Source: Deltaproteobacteria bacterium | GTDB taxonomy: Bacteria > Myxococcota_A > UBA9160 > UBA4427 | NCBI GenBank assembly: GCA_002691205.1 | Contig: NZHD01000094.1 | Span: forward strand, 44-64,043 | Length of the DNA: 64,000 nucleotides | Direction of reading: 5' to 3' | Shown here: positions 17,130-25,657 of the stretch, one piece after another | Position numbering within the stretch: the stretch's first letter is position 1 | How the letters are laid out: each line of letters begins with the position of its first letter | The notes under the pieces: model-generated | The model's input: only the letters and a program-made list of their open reading frames with translations | Database searches by the model: none | What the model was told of the DNA's origin: nothing | Program-made: the position numbers and the translations under genes

Positions 17130-18098
17130 TCAGGACTCCGGAAGAAGTCCTATTTCAGATAGACGCTCTTTTAAGAACCCGGCTGCATCAATAGGGGGGA
17201 ATCTTGGAGTATCTCCCGCTGCGATAAACGTTTCCAGCACGCTGAGGTCGCAATCGGGTCGAGGGTGGGCAAAGAAGGGGAGGGAGTAACGGCTCGTTGC
17301 TCTTTCTTTATCTGAGGCGACCACGCGATGGGTCGTTGCAGGCAGATTATTGTTTGTCATGCGTGCCAGCATGTCCCCCACATCCACAACAATCTCGCCT
17401 TCGACGGCGTGAACGGTTCGCCATTCGTTCTCCTCTGTGAGAATTTCTAGGCCAGAATCAGTCGCGCCGCAGAGCAGTGTGATCAAGTTGATGTCCTCGT
17501 GAGGAGCGGCTCGCATGGCCCCAGATTCGATAGATTCGCTGAGAGGAGGATAGTGGGCTGCCCGCAAGATGCTATTTCCATTTAGAATCATTTCCGAGAA
17601 GGTGTGTTGAGGGAGATCGTAGGCCAGAGCAAGGCCGACAAGCAGTTGTATCGAGACCTCCTCCAGGGCCGCATAAAGAGCAAGAACATTCTCTTTCAAT
17701 TCCGGGATTTCTGTGGGCCATTGATTTTTGAGATATTGGCCTTTGAGAGCTTTTTGGGGAATCGACTCTTGTCCCACATGAAAAAATTCTTTTTGGTCCC
17801 CTATAGAATGATTTCGTGCATGCTCGAGTCCGAAGGGTGTGTATCCCCGCTGCCCGCCGAGGGCGCCTCCGCATTTTTTTTTATCCGAGGGGGGCAGCGA
17901 GAAGAAACTTTCAAATGAAGTCAGCGTATCCCGGATGAGTTCAGAGGGGACGCCATGGCCGACGACTCTTACGAAACCTGTTTCTTGCAGTCCTATGCGG
18001 AGCTCTTCGCTCCAGCGAGGAGGCTTTGAGGATGCAGGTTCTTGATTGGTGTGTAAATCGATTCTGCGGATAGGCTTCATTTTGTGTTTTTCTGCCAT
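17130..18098 (-). CDS. 2-oxoglutarate/Fe(II)-dependent oxygenase (isopenicillin N synthase-like family)
   Basis: HYPPL..., HEDINLITLL (HxD), TNNNLPATTHRVV (distal His) and RYSLPFF (RxS). 322 aa. Confidence 0.85.
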   Translation of the reverse strand: MAEKHKMKPIRRIDLHTNQEPASSKPPRWSEELRIGLQETGFVRVVGHGVPSELIRDTLTSFESFFSLPPSDKKKCGGALGGQRGYTPFGLEHARNHSIGDQKEFFHVGQESIPQKALKGQYLKNQWPTEIPELKENVLALYAALEEVSIQLLVGLALAYDLPQHTFSEMILNGNSILRAAHYPPLSESIESGAMRAAPHEDINLITLLCGATDSGLEILTEENEWRTVHAVEGEIVVDVGDMLARMTNNNLPATTHRVVASDKERATSRYSLPFFAHPRPDCDLSVLETFIAAGDTPRFPPIDAAGFLKERLSEIGLLPES

Positions 18099-18252
18099 AG
18101 GCGGGCTTAATTAATCGCATTAGGCAAAGCCGGAGATGTTCTGGCCTTCGTGCAATGATGCCGTGTGCTTATCAGCCAAGCACCATTTTAAGTTGATACG
18201 GGCAACGGTTTTCGGTGCATTTTTAAAGGGTCATGGAGCACCGGCTAGGCTG

Positions 18253-18309
18253 CCCCAATCTCTCCCTCTCGGCTTGAGTCCTTTGGCGAGAGGGAGAGGT
18301 GCTTTGGGG
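18253..18309 (-). terminator. Long GC-rich hairpin between the ferritin-like operon and the 2OG oxygenase gene (possible terminator or processing site, no U-tract)
   Basis: A perfect 12-bp inverted repeat CTCTCCCTCTCG (18260-18271) / CGAGAGGGAGAG (18287-18298) with a 15-nt loop. It is extended by CCCCAA (18253-18258) / TTGGGG (18304-18309). Confidence 0.35.
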
Positions 18310-18326
18310 TCAGAGTTCTTTGATCT

Positions 18327-19010
18327 CTAGTTTAGAGATTCTCTTCGGGTATCCAGCGTGCCGGTAACGCCTCCGCTCTTGAGAAGTTCTTCACGGAGGG
18401 TGTCCGCGCGGGTTCTTCGTCGCTCTCGAAGGCCATCGGTCTCACATAAACGATCCAGAACTTCTTGCCCCCAAGCGACGTGCCTTCTTTTCTTCCGGAC
18501 GATGTCTTCTAGGATCTCAATGGTGGGCGCATCGCAGATTTGATCCGTTTCGCGCATATGGAGCTCATAGATTTCAATCAAGTGAGGGATGAAAACGTCA
18601 AATAGCCCTGCGAGTTTCTCAACAGTCAGATTGGGCGTTTCCGGTCCAGCAAGAGATTGAATAAAGTCAGCGAAGGCATTGTTGGAAGGTTCACCCGAAT
18701 CGACGGCTCGTCGACCACAGCGAAGTTCCGGGAGCCTTTTCCCAAACTCATCGGCAGCCACTGCGGTTTCCCAAATCACTTTGCCGAGCCCGGTCTTGAC
18801 CGGAACCTCGGGGATGGTGGCGATCCACCCACCCATCATCATCATCATCCACTCCTCCGCGTAACGAAAGTTTCGAACTCGCTTAGCGGTTGCGACGACG
18901 TCATATCTTCCATGAAGCTCGCGAAGGTCTTCGGGGATATCGAAAGCGGAATAGGCGGCGAAGGTCGTTCTTTCGTCGGGGCCGATGCCCGGATACATGC
19001 GTTCAGTCAT
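18327..19010 (-). CDS. Ferritin-like partner protein with degenerate metal ligands (paralogue of the upstream DUF455-like gene)
   Basis: Its start overlaps the upstream stop (ATGA). By-eye alignment to 19007..19966: IWETAVAADEFGKRL against CWDEGRHVQIFEKLL, and RRHVAWGQEV against ITHVRFGSEWV. The helix-2 His and helix-4 Glu are missing. Confidence 0.55.
   Translation of the reverse strand: MTERMYPGIGPDERTTFAAYSAFDIPEDLRELHGRYDVVATAKRVRNFRYAEEWMMMMMGGWIATIPEVPVKTGLGKVIWETAVAADEFGKRLPELRCGRRAVDSGEPSNNAFADFIQSLAGPETPNLTVEKLAGLFDVFIPHLIEIYELHMRETDQICDAPTIEILEDIVRKKRRHVAWGQEVLDRLCETDGLRERRRTRADTLREELLKSGGVTGTLDTRRESLN
18834..18848 (-). repeat. (CAT)5 trinucleotide repeat encoding five consecutive Met
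   Basis: catcatcatcatcat on the plus strand equals ATG x5 in the minus-strand ORF (EEWMMMMMGGW). Confidence 0.9.
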
Positions 19011-19966
19011 TGGGTCACCTCTTTGTTCTGATTGCTTTTTCGAGCATCGTGGAGTTCTTTTAAGATCGCGGCTGCTTGACGAAGCGTTTCTTTCTTGGGG
19101 CCTGCCGAACTCAGGCTTGAAATTTCATTAATCTCGTCCATGTCGAAGCCTGCCTCGAGACGGTCCTCGATAGCGATCTGGATCGCAGAGTCTGGGCGAT
19201 CAGAGCGTGCGCCCCCAAAGTTAAATTGTTTGTCAACTTCTCTTCTGAAATTTTGAGTTCTCTCTAAATAATCGGGGTTATCTTTCGTGAATTCCTTGAC
19301 CCACTCGCTTCCGAATCGAACGTGTGTGATTTCGTCGGCCAGGACATAGTCGACGGCCTGTTCCATGACTGTGTCTCCGGTTTTCTGTGCATAGCGAATC
19401 ATGTCCCTGAAGACGTCACAGGCCAGTCCTTCAAGTCCTCGATTCACGCCCGCTACTCGCATAGCAGGATCATCGCTGCACGCGCACTCGAACAGGAAGG
19501 TGTTTTCAGGAAACATGCCAACTTCACCGCCGAGGTGGATTAGAAGCTTCTCAAAGATTTGGACATGCCTTCCCTCGTCCCAGCACTGTCGGGCCATATT
19601 CATCTTGAATTCCCAAGGCGCATCAGGAAAGTCCCAGAGTGATCGAGCGGCTCCTTCAAGGGCTTGGAGTTCGCCAACGAAGATTCCGTGCATTCTGAAA
19701 AGAAGTCGAATCCCAGCAGCCGGTGCCTCCGGATCCAGGGGCTCATTCAGGACCGTAATGATGAAGGCGGGCCCGTAGGCTTCGAAGAGTGGCTCGGCTG
19801 CAGTTCCACGAACACCTTCTTCGATCAGCTGTGCCATGGGGTCGATGGCTTTGACAACAGCGTCAACATCGTCGGGGAGAGAAGCCAAGACAGTCGCCTG
19901 GGCATTGTTGCCTCGAATAAATCGAGAGTCTCTTGCGAGCTCTTCATGTTCTATGAACCTTTTCAT
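19007..19966 (-). CDS. Ferritin-like di-iron carboxylate protein (DUF455-like)
   Basis: Complete E / ExxH / E / ExxH ligand set in order: GELQALEG, WDEGRH, RGLEGL, ADEITH. AAGGAG SD. 29 nt downstream of the TetR gene on the same strand. Confidence 0.75.
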   Translation of the reverse strand: MKRFIEHEELARDSRFIRGNNAQATVLASLPDDVDAVVKAIDPMAQLIEEGVRGTAAEPLFEAYGPAFIITVLNEPLDPEAPAAGIRLLFRMHGIFVGELQALEGAARSLWDFPDAPWEFKMNMARQCWDEGRHVQIFEKLLIHLGGEVGMFPENTFLFECACSDDPAMRVAGVNRGLEGLACDVFRDMIRYAQKTGDTVMEQAVDYVLADEITHVRFGSEWVKEFTKDNPDYLERTQNFRREVDKQFNFGGARSDRPDSAIQIAIEDRLEAGFDMDEINEISSLSSAGPKKETLRQAAAILKELHDARKSNQNKEVTQ

Positions 19967-19995
19967 GGATCGTCTCCTTTTTTAAAGATTTAGGC

Positions 19996-20649
19996 TTAAG
20001 CTTCGTGCCAGTCGAGATAGGCAAGGCATGAAGCTAGAAGTTGCTGGACCACAGTGGCGTCGCTCATGGGAACGCGTTCAATTTCACGCAGTCCCACGGT
20101 GTAGTATTCCGTGAGAAGGGCCATCGCCTGAACTAAGGCAAAAGAGACTGCGAGAGGTGGGTCAGGATGGCCGATTTCATTTCGACGTTCGAGCATAAGT
20201 TCGGCGAGGCCGTTGAGTGAGACTCGTCGGATTCGAACTGCGGCTTCCCAGAGGGTTGCGTCGGAAAGAGCTCTTTGGTGAATGGCCCGGTCGAGAGACT
20301 CCTGGTTACGAAAAATATCAACGAGAAATGGGAAACCTTCCGACAAGATCTCTTTAATGCTTGAACCCTCCCAGCGTTGGGGGTCGAGCGCCGATTGAGC
20401 GGTGGCCAGAGCTTGTTCACAGCGTCTTTCGTGGAGGGCGTGAAGCAGAGCGTTTTTATCGGCAAAACGTCTGTAGAACGCAGCGACGGATGAATCTGCT
20501 CGGCGGGCAATCTCAGCCACGTGTACATCCTCGAAGGGTTTTTCGTGCAGCAAATGTTCAGCGGCATCGAGAAACCGTTCAAGGCTCCGCAGTGTGCGGG
20601 CTTGTCGGGGGGGGCGGATCCATTCAAGGGGGCGGGGTGTTGTAGGCAT
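19996..20649 (-). CDS. TetR/AcrR family transcriptional regulator
   Basis: HTH region FEDVHVAEIARRADSSVAAFYRRFADKNALL. 217 aa. Confidence 0.9.
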   Translation of the reverse strand: MPTTPRPLEWIRPPRQARTLRSLERFLDAAEHLLHEKPFEDVHVAEIARRADSSVAAFYRRFADKNALLHALHERRCEQALATAQSALDPQRWEGSSIKEILSEGFPFLVDIFRNQESLDRAIHQRALSDATLWEAAVRIRRVSLNGLAELMLERRNEIGHPDPPLAVSFALVQAMALLTEYYTVGLREIERVPMSDATVVQQLLASCLAYLDWHEA

Positions 20650-20651
20650 AA

Positions 20652-20670
20652 ACCGGAATCAGACTCCGGT
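20652..20670. promoter_or_regulatory. Inverted repeat ACCGGA-N7-TCCGGT immediately upstream of the TetR start (candidate operator or 5'-UTR hairpin)
   Basis: 6-bp perfect arms at 20652-20657 and 20665-20670, 3 nt from the ATG of the TetR gene. Confidence 0.3.
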
Positions 20671-21114
20671 CTCATTATCGCTCATCGAACCGCGCCGTCA
20701 AGCGATGGAACACCGAGGCCGGCAGTATTCCCACGGGCTTTGGGCCATGCCGATGAGCTTCCCAGAAAGTCAACGGGAAGGCCGCTCTGCCATATGGGGC
20801 GGCGGCCGCATCGGGGCTACGGAGCCGAGGCTACACGTTTCTAAGTACAGCGTATGGGTGCCTTTTTTGGGATCCAGAGATTGCTGTTTTTCCTTTTTTT
20901 AGGGAGAGACCTGCCAAAAGAAGTGGCGGAACCGAATCTGACTGTTTTGTGTAAATGGAGGATTTCTTAATAAATACAATGTCTTACGTATTTCAATTTC
21001 AGAGTCGGATTTGGCATACTTGATGCTACTCAAGGCACTGGAAGCCCAAGATCTGCGTCTCTCTTTTGTAAGTCCGGCTAGACTCAATGAAAATCAGCGG
21101 AAGGATAGAAAACT

Positions 21115-22206
21115 ATGAGCACCTCAATGGCCTCTCTCGAGGCGCCTCTCGAATACTCGTTTGATGAACTCTTAGAGAGCGGAGAGTACGCCGAACCTCT
21201 AATGGCGGGGGATGTGCTCTGCCATGGGGGCTTTAATCAAGAGGGCGTTTATCGATCGCCGCGGATTTTAAATCGCAAGCCCGCTATTTTGGCCTGGCAA
21301 CAATCTTTGCAAGCCTCAGGTGGAGATCTGATTCAAATTTCTCCCGACTTGATCCCGCCTCAATATCCAAGTGTCGACCAGTCTGTGTTGCTGTGCCGGA
21401 ATGGTGTTCGAGAACCCGTCGTGCGGGCCCTGACCGTGATCTCAGTGGTCGAAGGTTTTGGTGCTGTGATCCGTGACGTGAAGGTGCCCGATCTCGCGAG
21501 TTGGGTGGTGGAGCCTATTCAGGGAACGGCCTTGAGTCACCTGCGAGGGGGACTCTTTGAGGCGCATGCTCGCGATGAGGCAGGGTGGGGTGAAGAAGGC
21601 GGTCACAAGCAAATGTGGGAAGCGGCGCGAGATCTGGCCTTTGAGAAGCCTGAAATTCCCCCCGACGTGTTAATGCGGATCATGGGTGGACCGGGCAAGA
21701 AACGGCGCGAGCGAAAGCGTCTCTTTCCTGAGTTGGACGAAACCCTTGAGAGCATGGTGACGACCATGTGCAATGTTCTGATTGTTGAATTGTTTGCGGA
21801 TGAAGTATTTCGATGGGGCAAGTCGGTCCTTTCAAATTCAGAGATCTCGGCCGAGCCGGAACGAGCGGCGGCTATGGTCGGTTATATCCAGAGCGATGAG
21901 AACCCGCATGTGGAATACCTTCGGACGGCCCTTTCGGAGTTGGCTTCGCGTACTCTTAAGACAGTGGATGGCAAGACTCTGGCTGGAAAAGAAGTGGTCG
22001 ATGGCATGCTCCACGCGCTGCTCGGTCAGATGATACGAACGCGTCCAGCCGATCAGAAAGAGCAAGCTCACGAGAACTTGTCTGAGTTGTTTCAAAATGC
22101 AGCCAATCCAAGCGGATTAAAGGAAGAGTTTCTTTCTCTGGAGCAGAATTGGTCTCCTCCCGAGAGGACGGGTTTTGAGCCGCAGGCCGCGGCCTGCGCT
22201 GAGTGA
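21115..22206 (+). CDS. Uncharacterised protein with a ferritin-like di-iron ligand pattern (distant DUF455-like)
   Basis: Ordered motifs VVEGFG, WGEEGGH (ExxH), IVELFADE and SDENPH (ExxH). WGEEGGHKQMWE resembles WDEGRHVQIFE of 19007..19966. GGAAGGA SD. Its stop overlaps the next gene's start. Confidence 0.5.
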   Translation: MSTSMASLEAPLEYSFDELLESGEYAEPLMAGDVLCHGGFNQEGVYRSPRILNRKPAILAWQQSLQASGGDLIQISPDLIPPQYPSVDQSVLLCRNGVREPVVRALTVISVVEGFGAVIRDVKVPDLASWVVEPIQGTALSHLRGGLFEAHARDEAGWGEEGGHKQMWEAARDLAFEKPEIPPDVLMRIMGGPGKKRRERKRLFPELDETLESMVTTMCNVLIVELFADEVFRWGKSVLSNSEISAEPERAAAMVGYIQSDENPHVEYLRTALSELASRTLKTVDGKTLAGKEVVDGMLHALLGQMIRTRPADQKEQAHENLSELFQNAANPSGLKEEFLSLEQNWSPPERTGFEPQAAACAE

Positions 22207-23468
22207 TGCATCAGAATCGACTTTGGAGAACTTGGCGTGTAGCTCGAACGGGGCTTTACGTCTGGGCTCTTTTTAAAATCCCGTCCTGGTTTAGGAAACT
22301 TTCAGGCCGACCCACCCCGGATCTAACGCCGACGCATGAGAAAGCGGCTTATGCTGTACTGGCTTGTGCCCTTGATATGCGTGGTCCGATCATTAAGGTG
22401 TGCCAAGGCATTGCGACTCGATCCGATGTGTTCCCAAAAGCGGTGGTCGAGATTTTGAAGCAATGCCATGACGCTGTTCCAGCAAAGGATTACGACGGAG
22501 TTAAGGAATTAGTGGAGCGAGAGTTGGGCAAACCTCTGGACGCGGTTTTCTCAGAGTTTGATCGACAGGCCTTAGCTTCGGCTTCTCTCGCTCAAGTTCA
22601 CCGGGCACGTCTTCACGATGGACGCGAGGTGGCCGTCAAGGTGCAGTATAAAGGGCTCGAGTCTCTCATTGAGACGGATCTCAGAAGTGTAAGAATGGCT
22701 TGCCGAGTGTATGAGTACTTTGACCCTCAGCCCATTGCTTTGCTGCCCTTGTTGACTGAGATCACAGATCATACAGCCATGGAATTAGATTTCCGTCGCG
22801 AAGCGGATAACGCGGATAGGGTCAGAGAGATTTTTTCTGACAACGAGGGCGTCGTGGTCCCAGAGATTTATCGCGAGTGGTCGACGGGAAAAGTTCTGAC
22901 AATGGAGATGGTACAAGGTATTAAAATTACGGATGCAGACGCTCTTGAGCTCGCGGGGCTCGATGCCGCCCAAGTGGTTCAGGATTTGATGCAAATTTTT
23001 GTAAAGATGATCTTCGCGGCCGGATTTTTTCAGGCAGATCCACATCCCGGGAATTTGATGGTTCGGCCTACCGGCGAAATTATCGTGATTGATTATGGCT
23101 TGGCTAAGGAATTGCCCAAAGGTTTCGGGATGGGTCTCTTTGAGTTGCTTTTTTCAATGATGACTGTGAATGAATCGGCCATGGTTCGTGCCTTTAGTGA
23201 GCTTGGCTTTCGGACCGAAGACGACGATAAAAGCGTCTTTGTTTTAATCGCTCGCCGAATGATGCGGCGAAGTGATACGGGTCGTTTTGAAGGCGAGTTT
23301 ACTGAGGAGATGACTGAAGAACTTTTTGATGCAATTCGGGAAAACCCACTTGTGGATGTGCCCACGGATTTTGTTCTCGTTGGGCGAGTTTTTTCCTTTC
23401 TGTCAGGCATCGCGCATACACTAGGACACGAGGCGAATGTTCTTGAAGCCATGGGGGCTCGAACTTAG
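22206..23468 (+). CDS. ABC1/UbiB (aarF-domain) atypical kinase family protein
   Basis: ASASLAQVHRARLHDGREVAVKVQ and ADPHPGNLMV motifs. The ATG at 22206 overlaps the upstream TGA (TGATG). An alternative GTG lies at 22203. Confidence 0.88.
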   Translation: MHQNRLWRTWRVARTGLYVWALFKIPSWFRKLSGRPTPDLTPTHEKAAYAVLACALDMRGPIIKVCQGIATRSDVFPKAVVEILKQCHDAVPAKDYDGVKELVERELGKPLDAVFSEFDRQALASASLAQVHRARLHDGREVAVKVQYKGLESLIETDLRSVRMACRVYEYFDPQPIALLPLLTEITDHTAMELDFRREADNADRVREIFSDNEGVVVPEIYREWSTGKVLTMEMVQGIKITDADALELAGLDAAQVVQDLMQIFVKMIFAAGFFQADPHPGNLMVRPTGEIIVIDYGLAKELPKGFGMGLFELLFSMMTVNESAMVRAFSELGFRTEDDDKSVFVLIARRMMRRSDTGRFEGEFTEEMTEELFDAIRENPLVDVPTDFVLVGRVFSFLSGIAHTLGHEANVLEAMGART

Positions 23469-23541
23469 TCGAAGCGCGTTTTGTCTCGCTGGTGCATTTT
23501 TTGTCTGGCTCCAGCCGGGACGAGGACTCGGGTAAAAAGTC

Positions 23542-24177
23542 ATGTCGCAAATGCCGAGGGGATTGAGTGCCGACAGCGACGGAGTCATCCGATGTGCATG
23601 GCCGGGAAAGCACCTCGACTATCGAGACTATCATGACCAAGAATGGGGTTATCCGAAAGTCGAGGACACTCAGCTCTTCGAGAAAATTTGTTTGGAAGGA
23701 TTCCAGTCGGGATTGAGCTGGCTGACCATTTTGAGGAAGAGGGAGTCTTTTCGAAGAGCATTTCGAGATTTCGACATTGACAAAATCCAAAGATTTAACA
23801 AGCGAAGTATCGATCGACTTTTGGCCGACTCCAGCATCGTGCGTCACCGTGGAAAAATTGAGGCGGTCATTCACAATGCTTTTTGTGCAAAAGAATTGCT
23901 TCAGGACTTCGGAAGCCTTTCAGCGTTTTTTTGGCAATATGAGCCAGAGCCTGAGAGCCGACCGACCACGGTGGATCATCGTACACTGAGTGCGCTGACG
24001 GCGAGTGAAGAGTCTCTTGCCATGAGCAAGGCATTGAAGAGACGAGGCTGGCGCTTTGTAGGGCCCACCACCATGTACTCTTTCATGCAGTCCGTCGGCA
24101 TGGTGAACGATCATCTAGAAGGGTGTTTTGTTCGAAAAAAAGTTGACGATCAGCGAGAGGCTCTTATCCGGCCTTGA
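23542..24177 (+). CDS. tag: DNA-3-methyladenine glycosylase I
   Basis: YHDQEWGYP, FEKICLEGFQSGLSW and other Tag signatures. 211 aa. Confidence 0.9.
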   Translation: MSQMPRGLSADSDGVIRCAWPGKHLDYRDYHDQEWGYPKVEDTQLFEKICLEGFQSGLSWLTILRKRESFRRAFRDFDIDKIQRFNKRSIDRLLADSSIVRHRGKIEAVIHNAFCAKELLQDFGSLSAFFWQYEPEPESRPTTVDHRTLSALTASEESLAMSKALKRRGWRFVGPTTMYSFMQSVGMVNDHLEGCFVRKKVDDQREALIRP

Positions 24178-24466
24178 GTCGGTTGAGGTGTTTTTTCTTC
24201 CTGAAACGAAATTTCCAAGCCACTCATTCAATCGTTGGGAAATGACTGAATTTCATCTAAATCAAGTGATTGAGAGTCGCTGGTGATCTTGCTTATGCGA
24301 TTCCATGAGAGGAGCCAAACGTCCTCTCCGGGCACCCTGAACTGCTAGCATGACTGCATTTATTGCCCTGTTCATCTGCCCGATTCGCGGTCTTTGATTC
24401 AGGGTGAGACGAACTATTTCGGTCCCTTGATTTCGACCGAATCGGAAAAGACGGAGGGAAGTATCC

Positions 24467-25336
24467 ATGGAAGACTTTAAAAATAAGGTAGCCGTGATCA
24501 CTGGAGCAGCGAGTGGAATCGGTCGAGCACTCGCGCATCAGTGCGTCTCCGAAGGCATGTCCGTGGTTCTTTCAGATATCGATGAGAGTGGACTTAGGGA
24601 GCTTGAGAAAGAACTCTTGTCGGCGGGTGCACCCATTCTTTCTGTGCCAACTGACGTACGAGATACGTCATCGGTGGAATCGCTGGCGGAAAAAGCGCAG
24701 GGTCATTTCGGGTCTATTCACTTAGTCTTCAATAATGCTGGTGTCATGCTCGGCGGATGCGCTTGGGAAAGGACTGAGGACGATTGGCGTTGGGTGATGG
24801 ACGTCAATTTTTATGGCGTACTGAACGGTGTGCGTACATTCATGCCGATTTTGATCGATCAAGGTGAGAGCGCACATATCGTCAACACCGCCTCCATCGG
24901 TGGGTTGATGGTCGGACCCTTTCTCTCACCTTATATCGTATCCAAGCATGCTGTTGTTGCCCTAACAGAGTCTGTTTACTACGAGCTTCAAGCACTTGAT
25001 GTCAAGGTTGGAATTAGCGCACTTTGTCCGGGTGCGATTTCCACGGGCATTGCGCATTCGGAGCGAGTTCGCCCTGAAGATCGTCCGGAGAGTCGACCCC
25101 TTGAAAGCGAGATGGAACGCAGCTTCGATGAGATGTTGACCGAAGGGGTTCGAACAGGGCTTGATCCGAGCGAAGTGGGCCCCATGGTTTTCTCAGCTTT
25201 ACGTGAAGATCGTTTCTGGATCTACACGCACCCGATGGACGAGAGCAGCATTCTTCCCAGAGCTCGGAGTATCGTAGAAGGCAGTAATCCAGTCTATGCC
25301 CCTGAGCTGACGGACGAGATGCTGGGTGACGGCTAA
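24467..25336 (+). CDS. Short-chain dehydrogenase/reductase (SDR)
   Basis: TGAASGIGRA cofactor motif, NNAG, and catalytic YIVSK (YxxxK). Confidence 0.9.
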   Translation: MEDFKNKVAVITGAASGIGRALAHQCVSEGMSVVLSDIDESGLRELEKELLSAGAPILSVPTDVRDTSSVESLAEKAQGHFGSIHLVFNNAGVMLGGCAWERTEDDWRWVMDVNFYGVLNGVRTFMPILIDQGESAHIVNTASIGGLMVGPFLSPYIVSKHAVVALTESVYYELQALDVKVGISALCPGAISTGIAHSERVRPEDRPESRPLESEMERSFDEMLTEGVRTGLDPSEVGPMVFSALREDRFWIYTHPMDESSILPRARSIVEGSNPVYAPELTDEMLGDG

Positions 25337-25657
25337 TAAAAATCACATGAGTTCCAATCTAGTTTCGATTTAGGTTTCGAGTCGCAGGCTTGAGTCGCCG
25401 TGATGTTGAGAGAGGGTAGGAAGGGCGAAAAAGACATTTTCGACTGCGAATGACGCCTATTTGAAATCATTACGCTTTGACGAAGGGAGCCAGCACTCTT
25501 GAGATTAAAGTGAGCTAGGGTCCGCCTTCGCTCCATTTTTGAGTCGTATCGTCTAACACCGCATTGCCCCAGGTGCCTTTTGGTCAAAACACATGCAGAG
25601 GAGAGTCTTGGGGCCAACCCGGGCGATGCAGCGCTTAACCCCGCTGATTCGGTGGCT

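Noticed and set aside
20607-20614. G8/C8 homopolymer tracts as possible phase-variation switches. They occur in codons 12-15 of the TetR gene (20607-20614), in codons 2-4 of the GntR gene (52667-52674), upstream of mscS (35558-35565) and inside ppk1 (58783-58790).
   Set aside because: A rough expectation for 8-nt G or C runs in 64 kb, assuming G and C each make up about 26% of bases (not measured), is about 2-3. Four is therefore not clearly enriched. One tract lies in an essential-type housekeeping gene, and 8 nt is at the lower limit for efficient slippage. Population data would be needed.
20895-20945. AGGGAGAGACCTGCC resembles the B12-box of cobalamin riboswitches. GGGTGCC...GGGA elements nearby were also compared with the TPP riboswitch core.
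   Set aside because: The other conserved cores are absent or out of order on both strands: GGUG-AAUCC and GCCACUG for cobalamin, and CUGAGA and ACCUGAUCUGGAUAAUGCCAGCG for TPP. The downstream gene has no obvious link to either cofactor.
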